Shown: one piece after another, positions 1 to 12,401 of the stretch | How positions within the stretch are numbered: the first letter of the stretch is position 1 | Layout: each line of letters starts with the position of its first letter | DNA from: Lacticaseibacillus parakribbianus | Lineage (GTDB): Bacteria > Bacillota > Bacilli > Lactobacillales > Lactobacillaceae | Length of the DNA: 32,000 nucleotides | Assembly (NCBI RefSeq): GCF_025490915.1 | Contig: NZ_JANQBA010000004.1 | Span: 147,536-179,535 of the forward strand | Direction of reading: 5' to 3' | The notes under the pieces: generated by a model | Database searches by the model: none | What the model was told of the DNA's origin: nothing | What the model saw: the letters and a program-made list of their open reading frames with translations, nothing else | Made by a program: the position numbers and the translations under genes

Positions 1-4194
<4,194 letters not shown>

Positions 4195-4280
4195 CACGGT
4201 TGCATATCGCAAAACAGACACTCAAACATGGGAAAATGTCGCCTCGGGCGACCGGTCGCTGATCGGAGTCGAGAAGCCAG

Positions 4281-4303
4281 CAAAAAACCAGGCCGCAGCC
4301 TGG
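4281..4303 (-). terminator. intrinsic terminator after the AraC-family gene
   Basis: Minus strand: CCAGGC-TGCG-GCCTGG followed by TTTTTTG, 13 nt after the stop at 4316. Confidence 0.75.
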
Positions 4304-4315
4304 CTAGATGTGCGA

Positions 4316-5152
4316 TTAACCCACTCCCCCGCCTTCGCGGTGGCCGCGGCGGTAAGCTCGCGGCGACCGCCGGTAGACGCGCTTGAACTGGGTGGAAAAA
4401 TACAGCGGATCCGGGTAGCCACACGCCGCGGCCACCGCCTGAACCGGCATCGTGGTCGTCTCCAGCAGCTGGGTGGCCCGAGCCAGCCGCAGCCGCTGCA
4501 GGTACTGCTGCGGCGATACGTGCAAGGCGGCCTTGAACTGCTTGGTCAAGTAGCCGCGGCTGACGTTGACCCGCTCGGCCAGCCCCGCCACAGTGAGGGG
4601 CTCTTGGTAGTGCGTGTGCAAAAAGGCCAAGGTGTCGTCGATACGCTGCTGCTGAAGTGCCGGCACCGGCGGCTGGGGCGGTAGCGCCACCGCCGCACTC
4701 AGCACGTCCAAAAACGTTGTCAGCGCCGCCAGCCGCGCCAGCTCCCGGCCGTTGTCCGGGCGACACGCCGCCGCAACCGCCGTCAAGGCCCGGCCGCACT
4801 GCTCGGCCTTTGCCTCGGGCAAGGCGGCAAGCGCCGCCTGCGTCAGCGTTGCAAAATGCTCATCCACCAGACTCCCGGCGGCCGCCACCCACGCGTAGGT
4901 CCAAGGCGTCGCCGCGTCCGGTCCGTAGTCGACCAGCTGCCCCCGCTTGAAGAAGAACCACTCCCCGGCGTGGTAAGCTCGCCGCTTCCCATCGATGGTG
5001 ACGGCACCGCTGCCGCTCAGCACGTGATGAAACACGTAGGCCTGCCCCGCCTGGTAGCGGTAGTGATCAAGAACCGTGCAGGGCTGATACCCGCACTCCG
5101 TCAAGTTGAGCTCGGCGCGAGTCGCCTGAGCCCGGTACCAGAAGTATTCCAT
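4316..5152 (-). CDS. AraC/XylS-family transcriptional regulator
   Basis: 278 aa with an N-terminal cupin-like sugar-binding region and a C-terminal double HTH (LTVAGLAERVNVSRGYLTKQFK...ACGYPDPLYFSTQFKRVYRRSPRAYRR). RBS GGGGGAGG lies upstream of the ATG. Confidence 0.9.
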   Translation of the reverse strand: MEYFWYRAQATRAELNLTECGYQPCTVLDHYRYQAGQAYVFHHVLSGSGAVTIDGKRRAYHAGEWFFFKRGQLVDYGPDAATPWTYAWVAAAGSLVDEHFATLTQAALAALPEAKAEQCGRALTAVAAACRPDNGRELARLAALTTFLDVLSAAVALPPQPPVPALQQQRIDDTLAFLHTHYQEPLTVAGLAERVNVSRGYLTKQFKAALHVSPQQYLQRLRLARATQLLETTTMPVQAVAAACGYPDPLYFSTQFKRVYRRSPRAYRRGHREGGGVG

Positions 5153-5256
5153 GCCGCCACCTCCCCCTTAATTAAACCGCTTTCGCCGCGGAATTGCCAC
5201 GGGTCACCGACCGCGGTCAACCGGCCCCGCCGCGACCACCCGTTGGGCCACGCCGC

Positions 5257-5300
5257 CGCTTTGCCGCCGCAGGGCTGACGCTTTGCCGCCGTGGGGTTGA
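5257..5300. repeat. perfectly tandem 22-bp direct repeat x2
   Basis: cgctttgccgccgcagggctga (5257..5278) is followed immediately by cgctttgccgccgtggggttga (5279..5300), matching at 19/22. It lies 105-150 bp upstream of the AraC-family start codon. Confidence 0.6.
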
Positions 5301-5343
5301 CGCCGGGCCACCGCCAAGGCCTTGCGCCGGCGCCGCGCCACAC

Positions 5344-5370
5344 AAAAAGGCCACCGATCACTCGGTGGTC
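5344..5370 (-). terminator. intrinsic terminator of the permease operon
   Basis: Minus strand: GACCACCGA-GTGA-TCGGTGGCC followed by TTTTTGTGTG, about 155 nt downstream of the stop at 5527. Confidence 0.8.
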
Positions 5371-5526
5371 CTGATGTCTTGGCACAAGCTGCAGGCCGCT
5401 CGCGAGGGGGGCGAGCCAAGCCTTGGCAGCCGTGCGGATTGACTGATTGCGCCGGTCAGGCGGTGAGGGCCGCCTGTGCGACAACCGTGCGGGTAAGCAA
5501 GCCGCATGGCGCATGGTCTTTCGGGC

Positions 5527-6450
5527 CTAGCCCTTGACCCCGCCGACGGTCATGCCTTTGACGAAGTACTTCTGGAAGAATGGGTACGTCAAGGCGATTG
5601 GCAAGGTGGCGACGACAACGACGGCGAAGCGCATGCCTTCGGACGGAATTTCCGAGCCGGCGGCCAGGGTGGAACCCCCTTGCGCGGCCTGCTGGGTCAG
5701 CATCTGAATGTTGTTTTGAATCTTAACCAGCAGGTACTGCAGCGGCGTCACGTTCGGGCTGTCGGTGTACAGCATCGCGTTGAACCAGTCGTTCCAGTAG
5801 CCCAGGGCGGAGAACAGGGAGATGGTCGCAATCCCGGGTACCGCCAGCGGCACCACGATGCTGCGGAAGATCTTCAGCTCGGACGCCCCGTCGATCCGGG
5901 CGGATTCGATGATCGATTCCGGAATGTTGGTCAGGAAGAAGGTCCGCATGATCAACACGTTGAACACCCCGAAGGATGCCGGCAGGATCAGGGCCCAGAT
6001 GCTGTCCTTTAAGTGCAGCATTTGGGTGACAACCAAGTAGTTCGGCACCATCCCTGGTGTGAACAGCATGGAAATCAAGGCGAAGATGGTGAAGAACTTC
6101 TTGTAGTCGAAGTCACGCCGCGAAATCGCGTAGGCGTATGTCGACGTGAACGTCGAGCTCATGATGGTCCCGACCACCGTCACGATGACGGTGATGATGA
6201 AGGACTTGCCGACCTGGCCGCCCATGCCGGTCAGGTACTGGTAAGACGCCAGTGTCCAGTGCTTTGGCCAGAACTGGTACCCGTAAAGGGTGATGTCCGA
6301 TTCCTTGGTCAAAGACAGGATGATGATGAAGAAGAACGGCAGCACACAGCTGAGGGCGAAGATGCCCAAGAAGATGTTGAAGAACAGGTTCGTGCCGGCA
6401 CTGAACTTGCGGATGTCCACCGCGCTAATCGTTTTTTTCTTTTTAGCCAC
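5527..6450 (-). CDS. carbohydrate ABC transporter permease (LplC/YtcP-like)
   Basis: 307 aa, multi-TM, with the EAA-type loop ESARIDGASELKIFRSIVVPLAVPG typical of CUT1 sugar permeases. Confidence 0.9.
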   Translation of the reverse strand: MAKKKKTISAVDIRKFSAGTNLFFNIFLGIFALSCVLPFFFIIILSLTKESDITLYGYQFWPKHWTLASYQYLTGMGGQVGKSFIITVIVTVVGTIMSSTFTSTYAYAISRRDFDYKKFFTIFALISMLFTPGMVPNYLVVTQMLHLKDSIWALILPASFGVFNVLIMRTFFLTNIPESIIESARIDGASELKIFRSIVVPLAVPGIATISLFSALGYWNDWFNAMLYTDSPNVTPLQYLLVKIQNNIQMLTQQAAQGGSTLAAGSEIPSEGMRFAVVVVATLPIALTYPFFQKYFVKGMTVGGVKG

Positions 6451-6462
6451 GAGTTATCCCTC

Positions 6463-7428
6463 CTAAAACAGTGCTGAATCCGGCTGAACCTTGCGAACAA
6501 TCGCGTTGGAGCCCAAGATCATGATCGAGCCGACCACCGACTGGATCAAGCCAGTCGCGGTACTCATGCCGATGTCGTTGGTCGTGGTCAAGGCGCGGTA
6601 GACGTAGGTATCGAACGTCTGCGTCACGTTGATCAACGTACCCGAGGCGCGAGGCAGCAGGTAGAACAGCCCGAAGTCTGACCGGAAAATACCGCCGATG
6701 TTGATGATCAGCATCAACGTGGCAATCGGCAGAATGTGCGGCAGCGTGACGTTTTTGATCTGCTGCCACTTGTTGGCCCCATCCATCATGGCCGCATCGT
6801 AGTAGGAAGGATCAATCCCACTGGCGGTGGCGAAGTAAAGGATACTGTTGTAGCCGATCCCTTTCCACACACCCATGAAGACGATGATGAACGGCCAGAC
6901 GTACGGCGTGTTGTAAAAGTCGATGGCGGTGCCACCGGAGCTTGTGATGATGTGGTTGATAATCCCCTTATCCGCGCTCAGGAAGGCGTAAAGGAAGTAC
7001 GCCAGAATCGCCCAGGACAGGAAGTACGGGAACAGCATGGAGGTCTGGTAGACCCGCAGCAGCTTCATGTTGCGCATCTGACTCATCACAATCCCGAAGA
7101 AAATGGCAAAGAAGAAGTTGAGCAACAGGAAGGTCAAGTTGTAACCCACGGTGTTGCGCAGGACAAGCCCGAAGTCCGCGGACTTGAAGAAGAAAATAAA
7201 GTTCTGTAAACCGACCCACGGGCTGTGGAACAAGCTGTATAAGAAGCCCCCGTCCGAGTACTGGAAATTCTGAAACGCGACGACGTTGGCCAAAACGGGA
7301 ATGTAGAAGAAAATGATCAGGAAGAGTGTCCCTGGTGCGACCAGCAGGAAAAACGTGCTGTTCTTTTTCATCTTAGCGACGAAACCTTTACTGCTACCCC
7401 CGACGACGGCTGACTGCTTAGTCTGCAT
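6463..7428 (-). CDS. carbohydrate ABC transporter permease (LplB-like)
   Basis: The ORF runs 6463..7434. The ATG at 7428 is 7 nt from GGAGG (7440..7436), whereas the ATG at 7434 is only 1 nt away, so 7428 is preferred. Multi-TM with the motif YYDAAMMDGANKWQQIKNVTLP. Confidence 0.88.
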   Translation of the reverse strand: MQTKQSAVVGGSSKGFVAKMKKNSTFFLLVAPGTLFLIIFFYIPVLANVVAFQNFQYSDGGFLYSLFHSPWVGLQNFIFFFKSADFGLVLRNTVGYNLTFLLLNFFFAIFFGIVMSQMRNMKLLRVYQTSMLFPYFLSWAILAYFLYAFLSADKGIINHIITSSGGTAIDFYNTPYVWPFIIVFMGVWKGIGYNSILYFATASGIDPSYYDAAMMDGANKWQQIKNVTLPHILPIATLMLIINIGGIFRSDFGLFYLLPRASGTLINVTQTFDTYVYRALTTTNDIGMSTATGLIQSVVGSIMILGSNAIVRKVQPDSALF

Positions 7429-7458
7429 CGTCATCCCTCCTTATCAATGTATGAACTC

Positions 7459-7519
7459 ATTGTAAGCCCTTCACATTTGTGACACAGTCGTCAAATTTAG
7501 GGAGTTAGTTGTCAAATTA
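7459..7519 (-). promoter_or_regulatory. putative activator-dependent promoter of the permease operon with two direct repeats
   Basis: Minus strand: TAATTTGACAAC (7519..7508) and AAATTTGACGAC (7498..7487), with start-to-start spacing of 21 bp. The proximal copy abuts the position of a poor -35. The -10 is TACAAT (7464..7459). TGTAAGCCCTTCACA (7461..7475) is weakly cre-like. Confidence 0.4.
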
Positions 7520-7670
7520 TTGTTGCAATTATAAGATTTTTCGCTATCCGGCCGGCCGGTGACGCCGCCGCTGGCCGGCACAAACCCAGTGGTGGCCCGG
7601 GTTTCCAGCCATAAGCCGGCACCAGTCAAATTGGTTCCCCCGGCGACCAGTCGTTCCCCTGCCACGCCAA

Positions 7671-7703
7671 AGACGCCCACCCCGCGGTTGCGGGTTGGGC
7701 GTC
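7671..7703 (-). terminator. hairpin terminator after the holin-family gene
   Basis: A 14-bp GC-rich stem (AGACGCCCA(A)CCCGC / GCGGGTGGGCGTCT) is followed on the minus strand by TTTGG. The U tract is short. Confidence 0.6.
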
Positions 7704-7714
7704 TTCGTTAATGG

Positions 7715-8056
7715 TCAGTTGCGGTCGGCGTCGCCGAGCGTCGCGTTGACCAGGCTCAGCACCACGGCCAAAATCACCTGGGCCCCAAAGCCCGAGAAGG
7801 TGATGCCGGAGACGAACCAGGTCATCAAGCTGAGCATGAAGCCGTTGAGAATCAGCAGGAACAGGCCGAGCGTCAGGATGGTCAACGGGAAGGACAGCAC
7901 CTTCAACACCGGCTTGACCAGCCCGTTGAGAATGCCCAGGACCACGGCGCCGGTCAAGGCGGCGGTCCAGCTGGCGATGAACAGCTGCGACGGGAACAGA
8001 TGGGCGTAAACCAGAAACACGATGGTGGTCAAAATGACCTTGCGCAGAAAATGCAT
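7715..8056 (-). CDS. phage-holin superfamily IV membrane protein (YvlD/LiaZ-like)
   Basis: 113 aa with 4 predicted TM segments. The sequence LNGLVKPVLKVLSFPLTILTLGLFLLILNG is typical of PF04020. The start overlaps the upstream stop (TAATG). Confidence 0.75.
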   Translation of the reverse strand: MHFLRKVILTTIVFLVYAHLFPSQLFIASWTAALTGAVVLGILNGLVKPVLKVLSFPLTILTLGLFLLILNGFMLSLMTWFVSGITFSGFGAQVILAVVLSLVNATLGDADRN

Positions 8057-8379
8057 TAGAAGTCACTCCAGTCGTCGTCGTGATCTTCGTGGTCGCGGTG
8101 GCTCGGCTGGGTGGGACGGGACTGGTGCAGCGTCTCTTCCTTCACGTTGTGGGCGGTTTTACGCGCATGGTCCAGGTGGTCCTGCCAGTCGGCGTGGTTG
8201 CTGCGGTACGGGTGCCCCGCCTGCTTGGGGCCGCCGGCGTTGCGAACCAGCCACCAGATGAACAGGCCGATCACCACCGGCCAAAACAGCACGTGAATCA
8301 AGGCGAAGCCCAGGGCGAACACCATCATGATCGCCATCCCGGCGATGAACAGGATGATTGGAATCATCAGAAAAGGCAT
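8056..8379 (-). CDS. small membrane protein with a His/Asp-rich C-terminal tail
   Basis: 107 aa with two N-terminal hydrophobic segments, then HPYRSNHADWQDHLDH...HRDHEDHDDDWSDF. RBS AAGGAGAG is present. It occupies the slot of yvlC/liaY, but I see no PspC motif. Confidence 0.6.
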   Translation of the reverse strand: MPFLMIPIILFIAGMAIMMVFALGFALIHVLFWPVVIGLFIWWLVRNAGGPKQAGHPYRSNHADWQDHLDHARKTAHNVKEETLHQSRPTQPSHRDHEDHDDDWSDF

Positions 8380-8451
8380 GTCGATCTCTCCTTTGCTACT
8401 TTGTCGGACAAGAATAGCCGCGCCAGCACGACGCGGCCACCCCGCGAATGC

Positions 8452-9960
8452 CTAATCGTTGTCCGTGTCCTTGAGCTGCACGTTGCCGCTGGTCGTGGTG
8501 ACCTTCAGCTTCCCGACCCCGGTGCCGGGGCGGTCCAGCGACACCGACTTAGCCTTGCCGGACACGCTGATGCCGCTCATGCGGCTCTTGACGCCGCCGA
8601 AGCGGGTGCGGGCCTCGCCGGCCACGGCGACGCTGGCCGGTAGCGCAATCTTGACGTTGCCGTTGACGGAGCTTGCGGTCAGCTGGGTGAAGTCGGAGGT
8701 CAAGGTCGTGCGAATCGTGCCGTTGACCGTCTGCAGGGCCAGCGTCTTGGCCGCGCTTGAGACCTTGATATCGCCGTTGACGGTTTCGAGCATCAGGTCA
8801 TGCACGGTGCCGTCGGTAACCTTGATCGAGCCGTTGACGCCTTCGATCTCGAGCATCACCGCGGTGAGCTGGTTGAACGTCAGCTCGCCGTTCGTGCTTT
8901 TGACGTAAAAGTCCTTGCCGTTCAACCCGTTGAGAATCAGGCCGCCGTTCAATAGCCGCACGGCCACGTGGTCGTAGTCGCGCTTCGGCAGGTGAATGGT
9001 CAGGTCGGCCTGAACGCGGCGGTTCGGCACCTGGAACACCAGGTGATCGTCGTTGGCTTCGATGTGGCTGCGGTCCAGAAAGGCCTGCAGCGGCGTGTCG
9101 GCCTGCATCTTGCCGAACAGCTTGATCTCGGCGTTGACCTGAATGCCGGCCTGGTCCCAGGCGTCGATGGTGATGTCACCGTTGGCCACCTTGAGGTCCA
9201 AAATCGTGGCCTGGCTGTCGGCAAAATCGAAGGTGTGGCTGAACCGCTCGGTGGCGATGCCTGGCACCCGCACCGTGACGTCCTTCCAGTCCACGTTGTC
9301 CAGCACGTTGTTCATGGTCTTTTTGACCAGCGAGCCGATCTGCGACGTCGCGTCGTTGACCGTCTTGCCGATGTCGGTCAAGGCGTCCTTGGCCTGGTCC
9401 TGCCAGTCATCCGGCAGCACCTTTTCGGCGAAGGTCTTCTTGGTCAGCTGGTGCTTTTGGCGGTTGAGCTCGGCAATCTGGGCCTTGAGGTCGGCCACCT
9501 GGGTCGCAAGCTCGCCTTGCTTGGTCGTCAAGGTCAGGTTCTCCTGCTTCAGCCGGCCGCGCTCCTTGTACTTCTCCTCAGACAAGGTGTCGAGATCCTC
9601 CATCGTGTCCAGCACGATGATCTGCTCGGCGTTGGCCGCGAGCTTGGCGTTCACGCTTTTGACCTGGGCTTGGGCGGCGTCGAGGTTGCCGGCCAGCTCG
9701 GCCAGCTGCGTGTTGAGCAGGGCCAGCGCCTCTTCCGCCGGGGTTTCCTGGTGCGTGTCTTCTGCGGTGTCGTTCTCGTTCGTGTCTGCGGGGTCTTCTG
9801 TCGGGTGGGTCGCGTTCGTCTGGTCGGTTGCAGGGTCTACGGGTGCGGCAGTTGGGGTCTTGGCCTTCGCCTTCGCAAGGTTTTCAAGGAGCACCAAGGC
9901 TTCTTCGCTGGTGATCACACCCTGCTTCACTAAATCTAAAATCCGTTCACGTTCATTCAT
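8452..9960 (-). CDS. DUF4097 beta-repeat protein with N-terminal helical and coiled-coil regions (YvlB/LiaX-like)
   Basis: 502 aa. The N-terminus MNERERILDLVKQGVITSEEALVLLENL is followed by an acidic linker, a long coiled-coil, then repeated NG(D/N/S/T)I(K/T)V beta-strand units. Confidence 0.8.
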   Translation of the reverse strand: MNERERILDLVKQGVITSEEALVLLENLAKAKAKTPTAAPVDPATDQTNATHPTEDPADTNENDTAEDTHQETPAEEALALLNTQLAELAGNLDAAQAQVKSVNAKLAANAEQIIVLDTMEDLDTLSEEKYKERGRLKQENLTLTTKQGELATQVADLKAQIAELNRQKHQLTKKTFAEKVLPDDWQDQAKDALTDIGKTVNDATSQIGSLVKKTMNNVLDNVDWKDVTVRVPGIATERFSHTFDFADSQATILDLKVANGDITIDAWDQAGIQVNAEIKLFGKMQADTPLQAFLDRSHIEANDDHLVFQVPNRRVQADLTIHLPKRDYDHVAVRLLNGGLILNGLNGKDFYVKSTNGELTFNQLTAVMLEIEGVNGSIKVTDGTVHDLMLETVNGDIKVSSAAKTLALQTVNGTIRTTLTSDFTQLTASSVNGNVKIALPASVAVAGEARTRFGGVKSRMSGISVSGKAKSVSLDRPGTGVGKLKVTTTSGNVQLKDTDND

Positions 9961-10069
9961 GGTATTACCTCCACGTTTTGACTGCCTCTGTAGTTATAGT
10001 ATGCCAGCCTGCGCGGCGGGGTGCATAGGTCCTAAGGTTGATTTTTGCCTCAGCCTCACCGCAGGACGC

Positions 10070-10095
10070 AAAAAGGCCCCGCGGTGGCGGGGCCT
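10070..10095 (-). terminator. intrinsic terminator after phoU
   Basis: Minus strand: AGGCCCCGC-CACC-GCGGGGCCT followed by TTTTTGCG, directly after the stop at 10100. Confidence 0.85.
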
Positions 10096-10099
10096 TGCA

Positions 10100-10777
10100 T
10101 CACAGCACGTCTTCTTTGGCGTTGGAGTTGAGCTCGAGGAGCTTGCCGGTTTTGAGGTACAAGATCCACTCGCAGATGTTGGTGACGTAATCCCCGATTC
10201 GCTCCAGGTACGAGGACACCAGCATGTAATCCATCGAGCTGACGATGGTGTCGGCGTCCTTGGTCATCTCGTCGATGCACAGGTGGTAGACCTGCGTGGA
10301 GTAGCCGTTGATGCCGTGGTCCTCCTCCGCAATTTCCCGGGCGCGATCGGCATCTTCTCTGACGTAGGCATCGAGCACCTCGTCGACCATCTGCTTGACG
10401 GCGCCGGCCATGTCGGCGATCACCTTCTCGATTTCGGGGGTGCGAACCTCACCCTTGACGCGAATCGTCGACTTGGCGATGGACACCGCGTGGTCGCCCA
10501 TGCGCTCCAGGTCGGAGCTGGCCTTCATGATGGTCACGATCATGCGCAGGTCCGAGGTCACCGGCTGCTGCAAGGCGATCATCTCGAAGCTGCGCTTTTC
10601 AAGGTCGACCTCGCGCTTGTTGATGTGCTGGTCGTCTTCGATCACGGTGTGGGCCAGCGCCTTGTCGTGATTCACGAACGCCTTGACGGATTTGAAAATG
10701 GCCTCGTTGACCATCATTCCCATCTCTGAGAAGCGCACGTGGAGTTCGTTGAGTTCGTCTTCAAAAAGCCGTCGCAT
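10100..10777 (-). CDS. phoU: phosphate signalling complex protein PhoU
   Basis: 225 aa with two PhoU repeats containing the E/DxxxD motifs (SSDLERMGDHAVSI, SSYLERIGDYVTNI). RBS AGGAGG. Confidence 0.95.
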   Translation of the reverse strand: MRRLFEDELNELHVRFSEMGMMVNEAIFKSVKAFVNHDKALAHTVIEDDQHINKREVDLEKRSFEMIALQQPVTSDLRMIVTIMKASSDLERMGDHAVSIAKSTIRVKGEVRTPEIEKVIADMAGAVKQMVDEVLDAYVREDADRAREIAEEDHGINGYSTQVYHLCIDEMTKDADTIVSSMDYMLVSSYLERIGDYVTNICEWILYLKTGKLLELNSNAKEDVL

Positions 10778-10802
10778 GTCTAGTCCTCCTAGGGCTGTGC
10801 CG

Positions 10803-11561
10803 CTACCCGAAGCGGCCTGAAATGTAGTCTTCCGTCTCTTTTTGCGTCGGGTTGAGGAAGACCTTCTTAGTGGCGTTGACCTCGACCAGCCGCCCCTGCA
10901 GGAAAAAGGCGGTGCGGTCGGAAATGCGGGACGCTTGGTGCATGTTGTGCGTCACCAAAATAATCGTGTACTGCTGGCGCAGCTCCAAGAGCATGTTTTC
11001 GATCTGAGTGCTTGAGATCGGATCCAAGGCGCTGGTCGGCTCGTCCATCAGAATCACGGACGGCCGCACCGCCAGCACCCGCGCGATGCAGACGCGCTGC
11101 TGCTGGCCGCCGGACAAAGACAGCGCCGACTTGTGCAGCTTGTCTTTGACCTCGTCCCACACGGCGGCGGCCTTCAGGCTGGTTTCGACCGCCGAATCCA
11201 GCGTCGCGCGGTCCTTGACCCCGGCCAGGCGCAGCCCGTAGCAGACGTTGTCGTAGATCGAAAACGGGAACGGGTTGGGCTGCTGGAACACCATCCCCAC
11301 CCGCTTGCGCAGCTGCACCACGTCTTGGGTCGGCGCGTAGATGTCTTGGCCGTCCAGGCGGATGTCGCCGGTGATGGTGACGCCCGGAATCAGGTCGTTC
11401 ATGCGGTTGAGGGTTCGCAGGTACGTCGACTTGCCGCAGCCGCTGGGGCCGATCAGGGCCGTGATTTCGTTGGCGTTGAAGTCAAGGTCAATGCCGAGCA
11501 ACGCCTCGAACTTGCCGTAAAAAAGGTGGACGTCGCGGCTGGTTATCACCTGGTTCGTCAT
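10803..11561 (-). CDS. pstB: phosphate ABC transporter ATP-binding protein PstB (second copy)
   Basis: The ORF extends to 11654, but ATG 11561 ([21 protein letters not shown]) is preceded by AAGGAGG. Walker [10 protein letters not shown], signature LSGGQQQR, Walker [12 protein letters not shown]. Confidence 0.95.
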   Translation of the reverse strand: MTNQVITSRDVHLFYGKFEALLGIDLDFNANEITALIGPSGCGKSTYLRTLNRMNDLIPGVTITGDIRLDGQDIYAPTQDVVQLRKRVGMVFQQPNPFPFSIYDNVCYGLRLAGVKDRATLDSAVETSLKAAAVWDEVKDKLHKSALSLSGGQQQRVCIARVLAVRPSVILMDEPTSALDPISSTQIENMLLELRQQYTIILVTHNMHQASRISDRTAFFLQGRLVEVNATKKVFLNPTQKETEDYISGRFG

Positions 11562-11571
11562 CGTGGCCTCC

Positions 11572-12381
11572 TTAGCCGAAGTGCCCGGACACGTAATCGT
11601 CCGTGGCCTTGATCTTCGGGCGGGTGAAGATCTTTCGGGTCTCATCGAATTCAATCGCCTGCCCGGCGTAGAAAAACGCGGTGTAATCGCTGATCCGGGC
11701 GGCCTGCTGCATGTTGTGGGTGACGATCACGATGGTGTACTGATCCTTCAGCGCCATCAGCGTGTCCTCCACGGTCGAGGTGGAAATCGGGTCAAGCGCC
11801 GAGGCCGGCTCGTCCATCAAGAGCACGTCGGGCTTCATCGCAATCGCCCGGGCGATGCACAACCGCTGCTGCTGGCCGCCGGACAGCGCCAGGCCGCTTT
11901 GGTTCAGGTTGTCTTTGACTTGATCCCACAGCGCCGCCTGGCGGAGGCTGGTTTCCACCAGCTCGTCCAAGACGGCCTTGCGCTTTTCACCGAAGCGGCG
12001 CGGGGCGAAGGTGATGTTGTCGTAAATCGACTTGGCGAACGGGTTAGGCCGCTGAAACACCATGCCGATGTGCTTGCGCATCTCGTAGACGTCGACTTGT
12101 GCCGAGTTCACGTCGAGGCCGCGGTACATGATTTCACCGGTCACCCGGGTGCCGTCGATGGTGTCGTTCATGCGGTTCAAGGAGCGCAGGAACGTCGACT
12201 TGCCGGAGCCGGAAGCGCCGATCAGCGCCGTGATATTGAAGCGCTCGAAGGGCAACGACACCCCGTGAATCGCCTCGTGGTCGCCGTAGTAGACCTTGAG
12301 ATCCTTGGTTTCGATCGCAATTTCGTGCTGGTCACGCGGTAGGTCCTTGATGTAGCGGTCGTCCAAAGCGTAATTTTGCAT
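11572..12381 (-). CDS. pstB: phosphate ABC transporter ATP-binding protein PstB (first copy)
   Basis: 269 aa. Walker [37 protein letters not shown]. Confidence 0.95.
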   Translation of the reverse strand: MQNYALDDRYIKDLPRDQHEIAIETKDLKVYYGDHEAIHGVSLPFERFNITALIGASGSGKSTFLRSLNRMNDTIDGTRVTGEIMYRGLDVNSAQVDVYEMRKHIGMVFQRPNPFAKSIYDNITFAPRRFGEKRKAVLDELVETSLRQAALWDQVKDNLNQSGLALSGGQQQRLCIARAIAMKPDVLLMDEPASALDPISTSTVEDTLMALKDQYTIVIVTHNMQQAARISDYTAFFYAGQAIEFDETRKIFTRPKIKATDDYVSGHFG

Positions 12382-12401
12382 CTTATCTCCTCACTTCGGC
12401 G

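Noticed and set aside
5527-7434. The permease pair as a recent horizontally acquired island, because spot-checked lines are about 42-50% GC versus about 67% in lacZ
   Set aside because: Third codon positions in these genes are still strongly G/C-ending (TTC, ATC, CTG, AAC), like the host genes. The lower GC comes from a Phe/Ile/Tyr/Asn/Lys-rich amino-acid composition. An old, ameliorated transfer is possible but cannot be supported from this window.
10027-10035. The TAGGTCCTA palindrome upstream of the liaX-like gene as a LiaR box
   Set aside because: I cannot align it with the LiaR-type inverted repeat that I remember. It is a single 9-bp palindrome without supporting promoter geometry.
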